A DNA stretch of 64,000 nt from Veleropilina oligotropha (Eukaryota), in NCBI GenBank assembly GCA_048128005.1, contig JBEUKZ010000025.1, forward strand, positions 1 to 64,000, in the 5' to 3' direction. The translations under genes were made by a program, and so were the position numbers. Below are positions 33,484 through 64,000 of this stretch, in pieces. Within the stretch, counting starts at the first letter, position 1; every line of letters begins with the position of its first letter. The notes beneath the pieces were generated by a model that was not told where the DNA came from, ran no database searches, and saw only the letters and a program-made list of their open reading frames with translations.

Positions 33484-33723
33484 CAGGCCTTCATTTTTAA
33501 GGGGAGTGATTGCTCCCGCCCGCCTTCACCCCTGCAAATTTTGTACGAGGGGAGCTATTAATAGCTCGCCTTGCAAAAATGAACAATACGTAAAATGTAT
33601 TGATATTTCATGATATTCTTACTATTTGAAACAAATCGCTCTCCTGGGAAAAATCACTCCTGCAAATGTTGAATTGCGGGAGCAATTTATCACTCGCCTT
33701 CATTTCTCAAAAATGAAGGCCTG
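33484..33723. mobile_element. 240-bp MITE
   Basis: TIR CAGGCCTTCATTTTT...AAAAATGAAGGCCTG, flanked by TACATA repeats; empty version of the site near 33291-33312. Confidence 0.8.
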
Positions 33724-33941
33724 TACATATGCATTGGTAATGGTTATATGGACAACACCTGATACTCTGGAACTGTTATTGACTGGAATTTTATATAAAT
33801 AATGCATGAAATTGGTGTTTTTGGACATACGGTAGAAATTTTGGTTAAAGTTTTTTCGGTTCAAGTTTTTCATTGAATGGAATTTTCTGATACATTGATA
33901 TAAATATATTTAAAGGGCGAGACATATCGGACCGTGGTTCT

Positions 33942-34516
33942 TGCGGCGATTTGATAACAGGAAAGCCTATGTGAATCGTCTCGCCGTGTGTCAGGTACAT
34001 TTTAGCAGTGACATATTATACATTGTAAATTTAAGAATGCAAGAGTGAATATTGTAATCATACGCTCTATACGCAGATAATACATGACATTAGCAATGCC
34101 TTGAACACTGGGTGATGTATTATTCCACTTGCCAATTAGACATTTTGACAATCAAAACATCGCAAGTAGGCTATTTTACTTGTTGACATAATTATGAAAA
34201 TATTACGATATAATGCTTAATATTACAATTTATAGTCAAATAAAACATTTTGAAATTAAGTGTTGAAATTTTCTCGACCACTTGAAATCAGAAAGTCGGG
34301 CACCGACTAATACGTGCGACATACAGAAGTTGTAGTTGCAAAGACAAAAGTTGGGGTCTCGACTAATAGGCGAAGTCGACCTATCGGCGAGCAAATACGG
34401 TCACCTAATTAGATTATTAGAATATTGTCAATGGTTAATTTGCATGTATCGGAACAGTAGCACCGTGTGCTGATCGTACACACCTGGGACAAGTAATAAT
34501 GACAAAGACGTTTACC
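33942..34516 (+). repeat. 575-bp duplicate of the viral target region (empty site)
   Basis: Near-identical to 16928-17053 joined to 32721-33169, with a single CGCTC at 34063-34067. Confidence 0.95.
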
Positions 34517-34557
34517 TAAAATGTATTTACATCGATACTATTTACAGAAATGTACAT

Positions 34558-62193
<27,636 letters not shown>

Positions 62194-64000
62194 CTGAAAA
62201 ACAAAGAGACTTTAAACTCCAGATAGCACATACTGTAATTGCTAGAATAAATGTTAAAATTATCTTGAATAACGTAATTTACTTAAAATTGCAATCCGTC
62301 ATGCTCTGGCATTCGCGGAAAAGACTCTCAAGATTTTGGCGACAAACAGGCCAAAAATAACTCGGGCTACGGCAGAAAATCTAAGTGTTGATGAACCATG
62401 GAAATAGCATAGTTTAATCTCAACCAGTAGGAAGTGAAATCAAGAGAGATTTTCAAGAAATTCAAATTGCATTAAATTTAACTAGATATGTCAGAGTGAC
62501 ACGAATGCCCCTTCTGAAACAACTGCCCAGGAACGAAAGAAATTCGAAGTAAACAGCCATAACTCTCTTAACATTGAATTTACGCATTTAACAATGTATG
62601 AATAAGTATATACACCTATATTCAAAATATAGTTTCATTCCATTAATATATTCCGAACTTATCCTCCAGAATTGAAAACAAAATTAAATTAATTAATGTC
62701 CTATGTCTCTTAAATGAAGTTGGGATTTTATAGAAATAAGAAATGAAACTCCACTTAGATATTCTGATATACATGTGTATATCAAATTAATTTAATTTGA
62801 ATCCATGAATGCCTGAATATAGCGCAGAATCTAAAGCATTAGAGGGACAAACATGTGTAACAATAAATGCTCTTCATACTTCGTTTTGCAGGGGACCAGG
62901 CATAAAATTTCTTTCCAATGATATTATACGTGTATACCAAATTTAATTTATATACATGAATGCATTCTCAAGTTATCGCCCGGAAATGGAAGAAAAATTT
63001 GCAATTTGATGAAGGGACATAACTATGTGAAGGCGGAATTTTACCGAAATCGAACTTCACTTACCTATTATGATCATACAGGGCGATTCCATCAATTATG
63101 AGCCTGAGAGGTGATTTTTTCAAATCACTTGTACAACATGTTTATTTATTTTACTTAAATATACTATTACTCTAGTTTAGAAATCAACACCTTTGTTTTT
63201 GCAAAGTGTTGATTTTTTTAAAAATTTTGGCTGTTTCGAATATATGTATTTTTATACGTTTTTTGTAATATTTAGGTACCTTTTCTCATTCCAGACCTTT
63301 TTTGATAATTACAGAGGCTGCCACCCCTTTAAATGTATAAATCATTTAGTTTTAGCATAATTTATGCATTTAAGGCCTTTAATTTTTTCATTTTGGCAAA
63401 CCACCATTTTTAAGGGGTCAAAATAAATGTCACGTGTGTGACATGTCACACACGTGACACTGGACTCAAGGAGTTTCGGTAAAAAAAATGTGTACATGTC
63501 TAATAATATTAAATTTAGTATTATAAATCAGCTTTACAGTCTACATGCATAGAAACATGAATTGCTCACTTAATTAGCTTAGAGTGTGCAATTATCTATA
63601 TATATGTAAAAATGATTCCGTCACACACGTGACAAATTGTTGTGTCACGTGTGTGACCATACAATAAATATTTATTATAAAATACAGAAGAGCCCCAGCA
63701 CAGCATGAAATGGTAATTTTAACACAAACTAGATGTTGTTATTGTCCACAATAACAGGAATGTCTCCCCTGCTTGAAATTCTATTTTTAACAACAGGTCA
63801 TGTGACCTTTGACCTCAAATGCAATTTCAAGCAACATTTCATAATATGCAACCTGCCTGCTAAATATGAAATGCTAGTTACTGTCTGGATAACATATCGC
63901 AAACAAATTTATGAAAAATGTCATGTGACCTTTGACCGATTGACCTGAAGCGCAATCCCAAGCATCCTTTCCTCATAAACAACCAGCCGGCTAAATATGA

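Overview
AT-rich animal genomic DNA, probably a marine invertebrate (inferred from intron style and repeat types). It carries two spliced host genes: the 3' part of an atypical protein kinase ending in a helix-turn-helix-like exon (+, 2176-11109), and most of MRTO4 (-, 34558-62193, with a 21.5 kb intron). SINEs, MITEs, LINE ends and satellites are frequent. The main feature is a complete, GC-rich, intronless 15,662-bp endogenous DNA virus of Polinton-like type (17054-32715). It has ~180-200 bp TIRs (AGCAGCAG...CTGCTGCT) and a 5-bp TSD (CGCTC), confirmed by an empty copy of the target 1.3 kb away. It encodes a DDE integrase, an A32-type packaging ATPase, a probable major capsid protein, a broken penton, about eight membrane or secreted proteins (one starting with tandem PSAP/LYPxL ESCRT motifs) and a 1315-aa replicase. 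The replicase appears to fuse HeH, OTU-like protease, divergent PolB, SF1 helicase and HNH domains. All calls come from reading motifs by eye; no searches were run.
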